A stretch of DNA of 64,000 bases from Mobula birostris (Eukaryota): NCBI RefSeq assembly GCF_030028105.1, contig NC_092397.1, positions 32,207,097 to 32,271,096 on the forward strand, written 5' to 3'. Positions 24,970 through 39,257 of this stretch are shown piece by piece. The position numbers were made by a program, and so were the translations under genes. Each line of letters begins with the position of its first letter. The first letter of the stretch is position 1. A model generated the notes under the pieces. That model did no database searches. It was not told where the DNA came from and saw only the letters and a list, made by a program, of their open reading frames with translations.

Positions 24970-26490
24970 TATAAAGTTCCTATGAAAATTTACAGCATTG
25001 AATCTCAGTGGATTGAATTTGGCTTTTTTTGAAACCAATCAATGGAAAAAGACTCTTTTGTGTCAAAGGGAAAACAAATCTCTACAAAATGCTCTAAACT
25101 AATTACAAATCTAAAACACAAAATAATTGTCTGTTTAATTATTCACCCCCTTTAATATGACACTGACACACCGAATCATCATTGGTGCAGCCAACTAGTT
25201 TTCGATGTTGCATGATCAGTTAAATGGGGATCACCGTGTGCAGTCAAGGTGTTTCAATTGATTGTAGTAATAGTACACCTGTAAGTGGAAGGTCGAACTG
25301 CTGGTGAGTCAGTATCCTGGGAGAAACTACACCGTGAAGACAAATCAACACTCTGAGCTGCTCTGCAAACAGGTAATTGACAAACACAAGCCAGGAGATG
25401 GATACAAGAACATTTCCAAGTCACTGAATGCCCTTGGAGTCTAGTTAAGTCACTCATCCAGAAGTGGGAAGTATATGGCACGGCTGTAAATCTACCAAGA
25501 GCAGACTATCCTCAAAAACTGAATGGCCATGCAAGAAGGGGCCAGTGGGGGAGGCCACCAAGAGACCTATGATAACTCTAGAGGAGTTACAAGCTTCAGT
25601 GGTGGGAGAGATTGTGCAAACATCAACTGTTGCCCGGGTGTTTCACCAGTCGCAGCTTTACGGGAGAGTGGCAGAGAAAAAGCCAGTGTTGAAAAATGCT
25701 CTCATGAAATCTTCCCTGGAGTTTCCCAGAATTGTTGGGGACTCTGAAGTTAGTTGGAAGAAGATTCTATGGTCTGATGAAAACAAAATTGAACCTTTTG
25801 ACCATCACAAACACTAAGTTTGGAGTAAGCCAAACACCGCACAACATCAAAAACACACCATCCCTACCGTGAAGTATGGTGGAGGCTGCATCATCCTGTG
25901 GGTATGCTTCACTGCAGCAGGCCCTGAAAGGCACATAAAGGTAGAGGGTAAAATGAATGCAGCAAAATACAGGGAAATCCTGGAGGAAAACCAAATTCAG
26001 TCTTCAAGAGAACTGCGACTTAGGAGAAAATTAATTTTCCAGCATGACAATGACCACAAGCATAAAACCAAAGCTGCAAAGGAATGCCTTAAAACAACAA
26101 AGTTAATGTCCTGGAGTGGCTTTGTGAGAGTTCAGACCTCAATCCAATTGAGAATTTGTGGCTGGACTTGAAAAGAAGTGTTCACTCACTAACCCATGCA
26201 TTCTGACAGAGCTTCTGTAGTTTTGTAAAGAAGAATGTGGAAAAATTGCAGTGTTCAGATGTGCAAAGCTGATAGACACCTATCGACACAGACTCAACTG
26301 TAAATACTGCCAAAGGTGCATCAACTAATTAAGGCTTTGAAGGAGGTAAATACTAAGGCAATGAATTATTTTGTTTCATATTTACAATTAATTTAGATCT
26401 GTTTTCACTTTGACACCATAGTCTTTTCTGTTGATCAGTGTCAAAAAAGCCAAATTAAATCCATTGCAAAACAATAAAACCTAATAACTT
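24970..26490 (+). mobile_element. Tc1-family DNA transposon, defective transposase with long TIRs
   Basis: RPMITLEELQAS..WKKILWSDENKIE, KYGGGCIILW..FQHDNDHKH with stops and frameshifts; ~25000-25155 is an inverted match to ~26340-26465. Confidence 0.85.
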
Positions 26491-26679
26491 ACATTTTGCC
26501 AATTCCGTGTGGAACATTGAATATAGTGGAATGTCGAAGTCCCAGTCTCTGTAACCATGTCCCTGCAATTACTGTCAGATCGAACATATTCATCAGTACA
26601 CAATATGGAACAGATGGCAACCTGCCCTTCGTCTCACAATATCTGCGCCAATCATAGTAATGATCAGACTTTATTAAGT

Positions 26680-27230
26680 ACTGTGGAGGTCTCACTGGAG
26701 TATTGTGAGCAGTTTTGGGCTCTTCATCTTAGGAAGGATGAGCTGAAACTCGATGGGTTTCAAAGGAGGTTCTCCAGATTGATTCCAGGATGAAACATCT
26801 TGTCGTATGAAGAGTGTTTGATGGCTCTGGGCCTGTATTCACTGGAATTTTTGAACAATGAGGGGTGGCCCAATTGAAACCTATCGAATGGTGAAAGGCA
26901 GTGATAAAGTGGATGTGCAGAAGATGGGTGGGAGTGTCTAATATCAGGACACAGCCTCAGAATAGAGGAACATCCTTGTAGAATGTGGAGATGAGGAATT
27001 TCTTTAGCCAGAGAGTGGTTCATCTGTGGAATTCATTGCCACAGGGAGCTGTTAAGCCAGGACTTTATGTATATTTAAGGCAGAGGTTGATAGATTCTTG
27101 ATTGGTCAGAGTATGAAGGGATACAGGGGAAAGGCAGGAGACTGGGGCTGAAAGGAAAAATGGATCAGCCACAATGAAATGTCGGAGCAGACGACGGGCC
27201 AAATGGTTGAATTCTGCTCCTATATCTTAG
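26680..27230 (+). mobile_element. CR1 3' end, same insertion as 57715-58670
   Basis: LEYCEQFWALHLRKD..; identical 3' junction in both arms of the duplication. Confidence 0.75.
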
Positions 27231-28739
27231 CCTGTGTCACTTCCTGAGAAACCTCAATCAATTTTGTCAAGCATGATCTGCCCACACAAAACCATGTTGA
27301 TTGTCCCTAAGCAGGCCATGCCTTTCCAAATGTGCATAAATCCTGTACCTCAATATCCTCCCCAGTAGCTTCTCTACCACTGAAATGAGGCTGCCTTGCC
27401 TATAGGTTCCTGGATTCTTGTTATTTCCCTTCTTGATCAAAGCTGCAATATTTCTGACACTCTAGTCCTGTGGGACCTCACATGTTGTGATTGAGGACAC
27501 ATAGATCCTTGTCAAATCACCGGCAATCTGCTCACTTGTTTCTTTCACTGTTGTAGGATATTTGCCTTCAGGCCCTGGAGTCTTATCCATCTTATTGCTT
27601 TTCAGACGTCCCAGCACAACCTGCTCCTTAATCTCAAAATGTCTCTGCACATTCGCATGCCTCATTCTGTTTTCATTGCCATTCAATTCCTTCACTTCAG
27701 TAAATACTGACACAACATACTCATTCAGTACCTCAGCCACTTGATCTCACTTCAACCACATCATTCCTCCTTTAATCTTGAGTCGACATTTCTATTCTCT
27801 GGTTATCCTCGTCTTATTAATACAAATCACAAGGCCTTGGGATCATCTTTGGTCCTACATTACAAGGACAGTTTGTGGCCCCTTTTGGCCTTTCCTATCA
27901 CCTGCTTTAGCATTTCCCTGCTACCTTTATATTCCAAAGGTACCCAGTCTGACTTTAGCTTCACAAACTTTCCATAACCTTTTGACTAAATTTAGGATCT
28001 CTCTGCTTGTCTAAAGATCCCTTACTTACCATCCTTCTCCTCACTCCTCACCGGAACATGCTGATCCTGAACTCAGAGTAGCTGGTCTTTAAACAACTCC
28101 CACACATCAGATGTGGACTTGTCTGACAGTGGCTGCTCCCAATCAATGTTGCCTGGCTCCTGTCTTCCTCCGTCCTGACTTGTCCTCCTGCAAATTAGTA
28201 CCTTCATACAAGATCTACTTTTATTTTTACTTGTAACTAAGAAAAAAAGAAACTTGTGATCACTGTTCCCAAAATGTTCACTGACTCTCAACTGTCACCT
28301 GGCCTGGCTCATTCCCATCTGTTCTCACCTCTGGTTGGGCCCTGTACATAATGTTTCAAACACCTCTCAGATTCACTGAAGAAATCTGGCGCATTTAAGA
28401 ATTAAGCAAGTTCCAGTTAATCTAGAGAAGATAATGTCCCCCCACTGGTTGTTGCGGGGCCAATACAAACACCCCAACAGTGTAACTGCAGATTGCCTCT
28501 GTGAATGAACCTTCCAGTTTGCTGTGACATTCCCAGTGAGGTAACCTCTGCATTTTTAACCCCCCACTCACATGTAAAACAATGAATCCCAGGAATGTTG
28601 AGCTGCCAGCCCTGTCCGTCCGATAACATAGTACTCCTAGTGTTGAAATAAACTCATTTCAGCCCATCAGTCCCACCATGTTTATTGGCCTGACATTGGC
28701 TCTCGTTCTTTTCAGACTGTGTGTGAGGGAGTTTTGTTT

Positions 28740-29287
<548 letters not shown>

Positions 29288-29320
29288 AAAACTCCCACTT
29301 CCTCCCGAGCACGAAACAAA

Positions 29321-29336
29321 GGCTCTTCTAAGAGCC
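29321..29336 (+). terminator. Histone 3' stem-loop (H4)
   Basis: AAA-GGCTCT-TCTA-AGAGCC-ACCCA. Confidence 0.95.
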
Positions 29337-29819
29337 ACCCACCGCCTCACAGACGGAGCCGTATCCACAACCTTTTAATTATTTTTATCGATACATTCAG
29401 CTGAGTTACATTTGAAACACATTAATCGGTTCGGTTTGCAATATTCCTGCGAATCTGCCTTTCCAGTCGGTGATTACTTCAGAACCTCTGAACGCGTTAA
29501 GATCGATCTTCATTCTTATATCCGTCTTGGACAGGAATCAGTTCACTCGTTTAGAGAAGCGACTCCGTAATTATGCATTTAAATCTTAACTCAGGGGATT
29601 AGATATTAAATTTATTAAATGAAACTGAAATTGTATAATGCGTGATAAAACTAACGGTAAATAATTTTTAAAAAAGTCTTCCATCACCGTTGCTGGGTGC
29701 TCTGAAATTGGCGGGCAATTTGAAATTGATCCTGCGCCAATCACACTGTATTCTGATCCGATGAAGTCCGACTGCCAGTAAATTCCTAGAACTCCTTCTG
29801 TACGTGGTGTTAGAGGGCG

Positions 29820-29992
29820 TTTTTTTCTCTCTCTCTGGAGCTCTGTGTTTCGGACAAACCGTTGGAAATTGCCGGGTGTATTAAAGTGAAGAAGGAGCTG
29901 GACGATGAGAGGCCGCTCTCGGCTCTGTCCGTCACTCTGACTCTGTCTCCTCCCCTCCCCGCCTCTGTCTCTCTGCGCGTTTCTCGGGCAGG
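29820..29992 (+). pseudogene. Orphan H4 promoter copy with no TATA box or gene
   Basis: Matches 28735-28901 (proximal ~100 nt essentially identical) and stops at gggcagg just before the TATA box. Confidence 0.85.
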
Positions 29993-30229
29993 AGTGGTGG
30001 CAGAGGATTGGAGGATGGGTCATGTTATCCAGTAATTTAGGATCGAAGGAAAACCAAACACAAGACCATTGTGCAGATGCTGATGGAGGGTCTCGGCCTG
30101 AAACGTTGGCTGTTTCCAGTTTCTCATAGATGCTGCCTGGCCTGCTGAGTTCCTCCAGCACTGCGCGTGTATCGCTGCGAGGAAAAGCCCGGGAGCTGAG
30201 TCAGGGCTGATAACGTCACTGCCCGGCTC

Positions 30230-31800
30230 AGCAAATTTATCGATGTCACTAAAGTTGGTGATATCGTGGAGTGTGAAACAATGTAACTAACATTACAACA
30301 GGACGGTGATCAATGAGGTCACTGATTTGAGGAATGACAGATAAATGTGAGATGTTCCATTGTCATTGACGAACCAGGGCAGAACTGCCGTGGGGAATGG
30401 TCTGTCCCTGGGAGTGCTGTAAAACAGAGATATCGGGGTGTAGATATCGAATTCCTTCAGAGTGTAAACACAGGTAGGCAGGACGGTGAAGAAGCTGTTC
30501 GCCACACTCGCATTCATCGGGTAGAGTATCGGGCACTGGACTGTGACGTCACGTTACAGCTCTACCAGCCTCGGGGAAACTACTCTCGGAGCACGGAGTA
30601 CAGTTATAGTTGCCATGTGATCAGAGGGTGACATTAAACCGGAGAGGGTGCAAAAGGGATTTAACAGGAGGCTGCATAGGCCAGGACCTTTCTCACCAGA
30701 GTGTATGTGACATTAGAGAGGTGATAAAATAATGGCAGTCATAGATACGGTCAACAGTGAATCTGTTATCTCCAGGTTTATGGAGTTGGAAGCGAGAGAT
30801 TACAGATATAAAGTGAGAGAGGAAAGATTTAAATAGGACCCTGAGGAGCAGGTTTTGTACACAGAATGTGCTGTTTACATGGAACAAACTACCCCAAGTG
30901 GTGGTGTAGGTGGGCACAGTTGCTCTCTCTTGGACTGTGGAGAGGGAAGTTTCACAGGGACATGGGCCAAATGCAGGCAACTGACAATAATTTTGTTTGG
31001 CCACTTGGTCAGCATGGATGTGTTGGGCTGAAGGACCTGTTTCTGTGCTGCATAACTCAGTAACTACGTCTGCTGCTGTAGCAGAGTGGGAGAGACAGTG
31101 TCAGTAGTGAGAAGGTTTGGGGGATGTAGACAGGAGAGTGAATGGTTGAGGATGTGGCAGATGGAACAGAATGTGGGGAAATGTGTGATCACCCATTCCC
31201 AGGAACAAACTGTAAGAGTCATTTCCACACAGGGATGTTCAGAGGGACCTGGGCATCCTTGTAAACAAAACAAATCACTTGAGTTTACATGCAGATACAA
31301 CAAGTAATGAGAGTGCCTGAACTGTGCTGTACTATTCTATGTTCTATTTATATGGGAGGCAGGGTTTGAGGGTCAGCACAACATTGTGGGCCGAAGGGCC
31401 TGTACTGTGCTGTACTATTCTATGTTCTATGTTCAAACAGTATTTTGTCCTGTGATCCATGGGGATTGTACAAGAGGGTACAGAGGTCTCACTGGGATTA
31501 TATAGGGCCCTGGTGAGAGCACACCTTGAGTATCGTGTCCAGGTTTGGTCACACTTCCTCAGGAAGGATATCCCTGCAATAGAGGGAGTGCAGTGACTGT
31601 TCCCCACACTGACTGGGTTGGTTCCGGGGATGGAAGGTTGGTTATATGAGAGGAGAGTGAGTGCGCTGGGTCTGTATTCCCTGCTGTTCATGAGAAAACG
31701 AGGAAATCTGTTAGATTCTTTCAGGATATGACAGGCAATAGGCAAGGAGGATCTTTCCCCTGAATGAGAACTCCATATCTGAGGAAAATACCCTTAGAAT
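30230..31800 (+). mobile_element. Decayed CR1 RT/3' fragments
   Basis: LQLYQP..; MWQMEQNVGKC; LYRALVRAHLEYRVQVWS. Confidence 0.65.
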
Positions 31801-31809
31801 GAGGTGTAA

Positions 31810-32048
31810 ATCACAAACACGAGAGAATCTGCTGATGCTGGAAATCAAACGCAACACACACAAAATGCTGGAAGAACTCAGCAGGACAGGCAGCCTCTAT
31901 GAAAAAGAGTTAACAGTCGACACTTCGGGCCGAGACACTTCATCAGATCTTAGGGTGAAGATTCTCAGCCCGAAGCATCGACTCGTTACTCTTTCCCATA
32001 GATGCTGCCTGGCCTGCTGACTTCCTCCAGCATTTTGTGTCTGTTGCT
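31810..32048. mobile_element. Palindromic Penelope-derived element: two terminal repeats joined head-to-head at their hammerhead motifs
   Basis: gcaacacacacaaaatgctggaagaactcagcagg.caggcagc..ctatg pairs with catagatgctgcctggcctgctgacttcctccagcattttgtgtctgttgc; decayed cores at 31913-31947(-) and 31953-31983(+). Confidence 0.7.
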
Positions 32049-32204
32049 CAGAATGAGGTGACAAGCATTCAGGATGGAAATGAGATGTTTTGTTAATCAG
32101 AGAACAAAGAACTTCTGTATTCCTTATATAAGTAATGTGGAGCCTCAGTTGCTGGGTTGAGTCAAAGCTGAGATCTCTGGGAGAGATTTCGTCACTAAGT
32201 GAGT

Positions 32205-32670
32205 CCATAAGACCATAAGATACAGGAGCAGAATTCGACCATTTTGCCTGTTGAGCCTTCTCTGGCATTTCATCATCACTGATCAATTTTTCCTCTCAGC
32301 CCCAATCTCCTGCCTTCCATTGTATCCCTTCATGCCCTGACCAATCAAGAATCTATCAATCTCTGCCTATACCCAGTGATTTGGCCTCCACAGCTGCCTG
32401 TAGCAAAACAATTCACAGATTCACCACTCTCTGGCTGAAGAAATTCCTCCTCATTTCCATTCTAAAAGGATGACCCTCTATTGTGAAGCTGTGTGGTCCA
32501 GTTTTAGACACTCCCATCACAGGAAAAATCCTCTCCACATCACTCAATCAAGCCCTTTCACTATTTGATAGGTTTCAATTTGGTAACCCTTCTTTCTTCG
32601 AAGTTCCAATGAATAGAGGCCCAGAGCCGTGAAACTCTCTTCATTAGGCAAGCCATTTAATCCTGAGTAA
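32205..32670 (-). mobile_element. CR1 3' end
   Basis: ccataagaccataaga tail and minus-strand RRNFFSQRVVNL; same family as 57715. Confidence 0.7.
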
Positions 32671-33930
32671 AATTCTCCATTTGTGATGTCATGTCAGCAC
32701 AAAAAATTCTGGATTTCAGAGATGTTTGCATTTTGGAATTATGGACCAATCTCCACAGACCTAATCACTAATTTGTACTGCAGTGAACACTGTTAATTTC
32801 ACCCATGCAATCCCAGGCATACAGATGCAAAATAAAGACAATTCTAAATTGAAAGTAGGAAAGTTGAACCTTACTTGGAGGTAAAGCCTGATTACTAGGC
32901 CTCAGAACATTCTACTCCCCAAATGGTCAAAATAAAGCCAAGTAACAAGGTTTAAAATACCCACAACATGCAGAATTACATGCCTCTCATTACCTTGATC
33001 CATGGGATAAACACAAGCGGGCCTGATTAACCCTGCCTGGGTTGCCTGGGCGAGGATGTCTCATGATTAAAGACCCAAAACACTCAATGACCCCAGGTTG
33101 CATTACTGACGATGTGTCCCTTTGCAACACCCGGTTCATTAAGCCAAGTGGTGTCAGGCCACGTTAATGAAGGGAATGGGCCAGATTGAAGTGACTCCAC
33201 TACACTACCCTATCCACCATAGCCCCACATATCTCACCATACTAAACTCCACAGCATTATCTCTCCCAGCCCCGCATATACATCCACCAGCCCTACCCTC
33301 AAACCTAATCCTGAGGTTCAAGGGGGCACACACCCCCACAAACCCGATGACCAGTGTAAGGAGAAGGAAGATGCAATAAAGGCAAGTGTTGGACTTGGTT
33401 AATGAAGGCATGGGCCAGATCAAAGTGGCAGCGTTGTGTGACACTGAATCCAGAGTGACGAGATGAAGAAGCACAAGAGGGATGATTCTCCCACTGCCGG
33501 CATAATCTGTTTGTTATTTTGATTTTGTTCTGATAGTCTTCAGTCTGTTTGAATATTTTGGTATAATTCATATTTAATTTCAGTGTTTCTTGTCAGTGTT
33601 GTGTCTCTGATGCAATGTCTGTGATGCTGCTACAAATACTTTGTTCCTTTCACCTGTGCATAAATAAACTCGATTTAAACTTTACACTGAAATGTCCAAA
33701 TCTCTCCTTCACTCTCCTGCAGCCCTATGTCATGAACTAAATGTCCTAGTGTTTAATTTTACAATATTTCATCTGATTTTATTTTCATTCGGCTTTTGAA
33801 ATTTGCCTTTCCCTTTTCAATTTCAGCCCGCACCCCGGCCTGTCTCTGCCCTTCAGTACTTCCTCCCGCATCAAACGACAGCGGTAAACCCCGCCCATTG
33901 GCGCCGCTACCCATCCCCCAGCGTCATTAA

Positions 33931-34383
<453 letters not shown>

Positions 34384-34420
34384 AGACAAGTTCACTGACA
34401 AAACAAACCGGAAAATCAAA

Positions 34421-34436
34421 GGCTCTTTTAAGAGCC
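34421..34436 (+). terminator. Histone 3' stem-loop (H2B pseudogene)
   Basis: GGCTCT-TTTA-AGAGCC followed by the purine-rich element aaaagag. Confidence 0.9.
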
Positions 34437-35239
34437 ACTCACGGTTTCATTAAAAGAGTTACACGATGTTGAGACATGGAATTGAGGTAAATTTGGAATT
34501 TTTTGTTGAAATGCTCATTCAGAATCTTATCCCCGTTAATCAGAACTTGCTGTCCGCTGCTCAGTATAATCCCAATTTCTCTGTTAATTCCTGCCAACTG
34601 CCCAGACACGGAATCGTTACACACCCGTTTCCCCGTCGCTTCCTCTCGGTCATCAGATTTCTCTGACATGGACGCTAATGTTTCTGGTTTAAATACCGTG
34701 GGTTCATTAAGCTTTGTCCCATTTTCGATACTTCTCTTAACCCCATTCCGACGCAAGAGCTGAACACTGTCACGGGTCGTTCAGAGTACTTGTTAAAGCT
34801 CCACTTTCTGACGGGTGACCCCTTGCTAAACTGACTTGAGTTTACACAATGACCGACCGCGAACAGCAGCTGAGGACCGGTTTTATTCCAATCGTTTATC
34901 AATTGAAAGATATCGGTGAACTAATTTCTCAGACACCATCGCAATATTAACTACACTTTGTTTAAGTGTGTCGGACTCCAGTAACGGGGGTAAAGAGCCG
35001 ACAAACAAACCTGTTGTGGTTTAATTTCAGCAACAAAGGCTTTTTTGGCGGTGTATTGCAAATTTCAGTTTATTTCGGCGGTTGGACGGTATTTTCCGCG
35101 CTTCTACAGTCTGATTGGTGAATAAGGCAGCTCTGTGATTGGAATATTTGCTCTTTCAAATCAGAATGGGCACTGGTTCACCAATCATAAACGCCCCACT
35201 ACATTCCGCACCTCCCGCCCCGCCTGCATCAGAAGGGCG

Positions 35240-36990
35240 ATTTCCAGAAGCCTGATTTCTCATGGTCAAAACTTCAAGTTTATTTCTGATTTATCAAATC
35301 TATGTGATGTTATATGTATTCAGGAAACCTGATTGTTATCGCATTTAAGTTCTTCCTTCCAGTGTTATATTGTAATTAAGCGTGATAGATTAGTTGGTAG
35401 AGGAGGTGGTGTTGCAAGTTTTTTTTAAAGAGAGGGAGAGGGCATAAAGTTGTGGATGTAAATGAAATGTATGAGGCATTTGAAGACACATTTGATTCCA
35501 CAGGTAGGGGCAATAAAGTGGTATATTATTATAACGTCGACTGTACCTCTTCCTAGAGATGCTGCCTGGCCTGCTGCGTTCACCAGCAACTTTTATGCGT
35601 GTTGCTTGAAATTCCAGCATCTGCAGATTTCCTCGTGTTTGTGTATTATTATAACCATTGTGGAAAGCTTCCGATTGATTTGTTGGAGAGTATACGTAGC
35701 TCTAGCTCACTAAGCGTTGTATGGTGTGGGGATTTTAACACATAGTTAATTTACTGTGGGGTTGTTCTCAGATTGGTAATATTTTGTTTATAGAAGAGTT
35801 TCAGATATTTCATATCCTGTTAGTCTTTATGGTGGGAGAGGTACGAGATTTAATGTTCATAATAGTTCTGAAAATGCTGTAAATTTAACTTTAGTTTTGA
35901 ACATTGGAGTGAGTAGTGGGATGTCATGGGAGATGAAGCATTGGGGAGTGATCGTTTCCCTATGTTTATAAGCTTGGGTTTGGATTTATATAGGGGGCAT
36001 GAGGCCACTTTTAGGAGGTGGAACTCTGGTAAAGCAAATTGGGAGAAGTTTGAATGTTTTATGTGCTGAGCGTCTGCCTGGGCTGAATGGTGAGGATGAT
36101 GTGGATTTCTGCAAAGAAACGTTGTGACATTATTCATCAAATAGTGGTGGCAGAGATTCAATTTAAAAAGTGCAGTAGTGGGAGAAACGCTGTACCATGG
36201 TGGACGGAGGAGTGTGCAGAGGCAGTTACTGAGAGAAACGTGGCATTTCGGAAAGTTAGGAAGTATCACTCTCCGCTTAATCATATTAAGTGTAACAGGT
36301 CACAGGCTGTGGTGAGGAAAGTAATGAAGCTTGTGAAAAAGATTTACTGGAGGTCATATTGTGAAAGTATTGGAAGGACTATTAAACTTGAAGATGTTTG
36401 GGGAATGACTAAGAAAATGGGGGTGTGGGATTCATAGGGTTCCGAATATTGATTAAAGAAGGTAATACAATTGTTCCTGAAGGAGAGACGGTTGAGTCCT
36501 GGCTCGGTCATTTGCTGCAATTCATAATCAAAATAGGTGGAGAGACTAAACAATGTAGCAATAAGGTTTTACAAGAATATCTTAATGTGTTGGAAACCAG
36601 CTGTAGCAATGATAGTATTAGTGATGTAGAGTTTCTTTGTGTGAATTTAAGAAAGCTATTTATAGTACAGGTCAGACGGCTCCAGGAAAGGATGATACAT
36701 GTTATTGCATGTTTAAACATATGGTCAACAACTCTCTTGAGATAATATGACATTTTTAGAATCATAATTGGAGTTCAGGCCATCTTCCCTCCTCATGGAA
36801 AATGGCAATTGTGTCTATTCTAAAACCTGGGAAACCCCTGATGGATCCTCCTAGATATAGACCAATATCACTGACGTCCCATTTGTGTACACTTACGGAA
36901 TGGATGGTGATAGTGTGGTTGAATTGTATTTTGGAAAAGGGAGGTGATGTGCTGTTGTTAACAGACTGGATTAATTTGAGGGGCAAGTGC
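35240..36990 (+). mobile_element. Decayed I/Nimb-like non-LTR retrotransposon (EN through RT start)
   Basis: RSLISHGQNFKFI..DVICIQET, VWCGDFNT, LGSDRFP, VPWWTEEC, ILKPGKP..YRPISLTSHLC; many stops. Confidence 0.65.
35536..35643 (+). mobile_element. 108-bp Penelope-like 3' terminal insertion with 12-bp target-site duplication
   Basis: TATTATTATAAC at 35524-35535 and 35644-35655 flanks gtcgactgtacc...gtttgtg. Confidence 0.8.
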
Positions 36991-37089
36991 TGGTTCCATG
37001 CCACATGTTTCAAAATCAGTCAATGATTTTATGCAGGAAACTCCGCAGCTACTTGAACACAGCAAGCTTCCACAAACAGTGTACTCAAT

Positions 37090-37625
37090 GGAGATGTCAA
37101 TCCATGGCCTCGTATACTGTCGCAATGAGGCCACACTCGGGTAGGAGGAACAACACCTTGTATTCTGTCTGGGCAGCCTCCAATCTGATGGCATTAACAT
37201 CGACTTCTTGATCTTCCAGTCATGCCTCCCCTCGCTCATCATTCCCCATCCCCCTTTCCCTCTCATCGCCTGCCCATCGCCTCCCTCTGGTGTTCCTCCC
37301 CCCTTTTCTTTCATCCATGGCCTTCTGTTCTCTCCTTTCAGATTCCCCCTTCTCCAGCCCTGTATCTCTTTCACCAAACAACTTCCCAGCTCTTTATTTC
37401 ATCTCTCCCCCTCCCAGTTCCACCTGTCACTTTGTGTTTCTCTCTCCCCTCCCCCACCTTTTAAAATTTACTCCTCATTGTTTTTTCTCCAGTCCTGCTG
37501 AAGAATCTCGGCCCAAAACGTCAGCTGTACTTTTATCCACAGATGCTGCCTGGCCTGCAGAGTTTCTCCAGCATTTTGTGTGTGTTCCTTGGATTTCCAG
37601 CATCTGCAGATTTTCTCCTGTTTAT
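37090..37625 (+). mobile_element. Penelope-like element 3' end: GIY-YIG C-terminus, pyrimidine tract and hammerhead-bearing terminal repeat
   Basis: MSIHGLVYCRNEATLG*EEQHLVFCLGSLQSDGINIDF, then cagtcctgctgaagaatctcggcccaaaacgtc at ~37490. Confidence 0.75.
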
Positions 37626-38639
37626 TACTCAATGTCAACAAGCATTTTGTATGACAACTGTCACAGTTCCACTCATTTAGAAATGCAGATATGAAACTCG
37701 AGGTTCAGCAGATGCTGGGAATAAACTGTAAAGTGACACACACAAAGTACTGCGGGAACTCAGCAGGTCAGGCAGCAGCTAAACAGAGGAATAAACAGTC
37801 TAGATAGGATGAAGTGTCTTGGCCCATAATATCAACTATTTATTTGTCTGCACAGATGCTGCTGGGGGGCACTGAGTCCCTCCAGTATTTTGCAAACATA
37901 AACCTCTTTTTTTCAGTCAATCAGTTTCCAAATGTTGCTGAACTTTCATTTGCAGCCTCATCCTCCTGGTCTGATTCCCTCCTTCTACTCTACATAAACT
38001 CGAGCCTCCATCACATCTGGAGCTCCAAAGCCCTCATTTGTGCTGACCCCTCTTGTTTCTGCTCCACCATTCTGCTGTCGTACTTTAGAGGAGAGTGTTG
38101 TATTGCAACAGCCCGGCAGGGTGAGGCACAGCCCTTCGAAATCAGTGAAAATGACACAAAACAATGAACAGAGCGGGACAGGAAGATTTTAACAACACAA
38201 GACTTCAGCCTTGGTCCAGAGCTGTGAGGGATGAGGAATATTTGGGAGAAAACCACAGTAAATTAATCCTCTGCAGTTTACAGAAAGTCGTGGAGTGAAT
38301 TCAAGGTAAACCTCTTCATCCCCAGACCGGTGACCAGTTACATCCTGAACATTATAGGGTGAGTTAGTGGTGAACGGCAAGGATGAGTTTGAAAGCTCTG
38401 GTGTGCAATGGGAACACAAGCAGGTACCAGCTGGACTGAGTGGCCTCTCGACTGTTCATTATCAGTGTGACAGGGAGGAAGCACCTGAGACACAGGATTT
38501 GAAATGGAATTGATCTATTTGTCTATGACAGATCCACAATATTAAACACCAGTGTATTTTAAGATGGTGGGATGAACCCCCTCAATGCTCAGTGACCAGG
38601 GTTCAGTCCTGGGTCTGATGAGCAGCCACAATATCTGTG

Positions 38640-39257
38640 GAATCTGACATTAACAGTCCCATATACAGTTTATTATAACTTCCTCCCTGATGTGAAGTTG
38701 CTGGTGTTTCAGCAGGTGGGATGACTTGAGTAAATTTCTTTGCTGACTCAGGACAGAAGTGTGTCCTCTATGAATTGTAAACTCACTGGAGCCTCACACG
38801 GTGGGTGAACTGATGAATCTCCTCCCACAGTCGGAACAGGTGTGAAGCTATACTGAGAGACAGAGACAACAGAGCCAAGTCTAGCTGCTCACCGGTGTGA
38901 ACTGGCTGGTGTTGTAATAGCTCGTGACTGAATGAATCCCGTCCGCCATGGAGCAGGTGAATGGCCTCTCCCCGTGTGAACTTGCTGGTGTATCTGCAGG
39001 TGCAGTGGCCTGGTGAATCCCTTCCAAAATGAGAGGCGGTGAACGCCAACTCACTGGTATCAACTCTATGGCCATTTATCAGGTCAGTCCATGGACAAGT
39101 CCACGTATTGGGACTCTGGTGTGCTGTCTTCTCAACCATCTCCCCCTTCATATTCAGTGATTGGTAGCATTCAAATGCTGGGGAACCGACAGACACAGCA
39201 GAAGTGACACGCTGTTGCATTTGAGATTCTCAGACAGAAATTCTTTGCCTTTTCTGC
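38640..39257 (-). pseudogene. Decayed C2H2 zinc-finger gene exon
   Basis: Minus strand gives LQIHQQVHTG-ERPFTCS, HQPVHTGE and further broken fingers across frames; acceptor cattttacag|G at 39258/39257. Confidence 0.75.
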
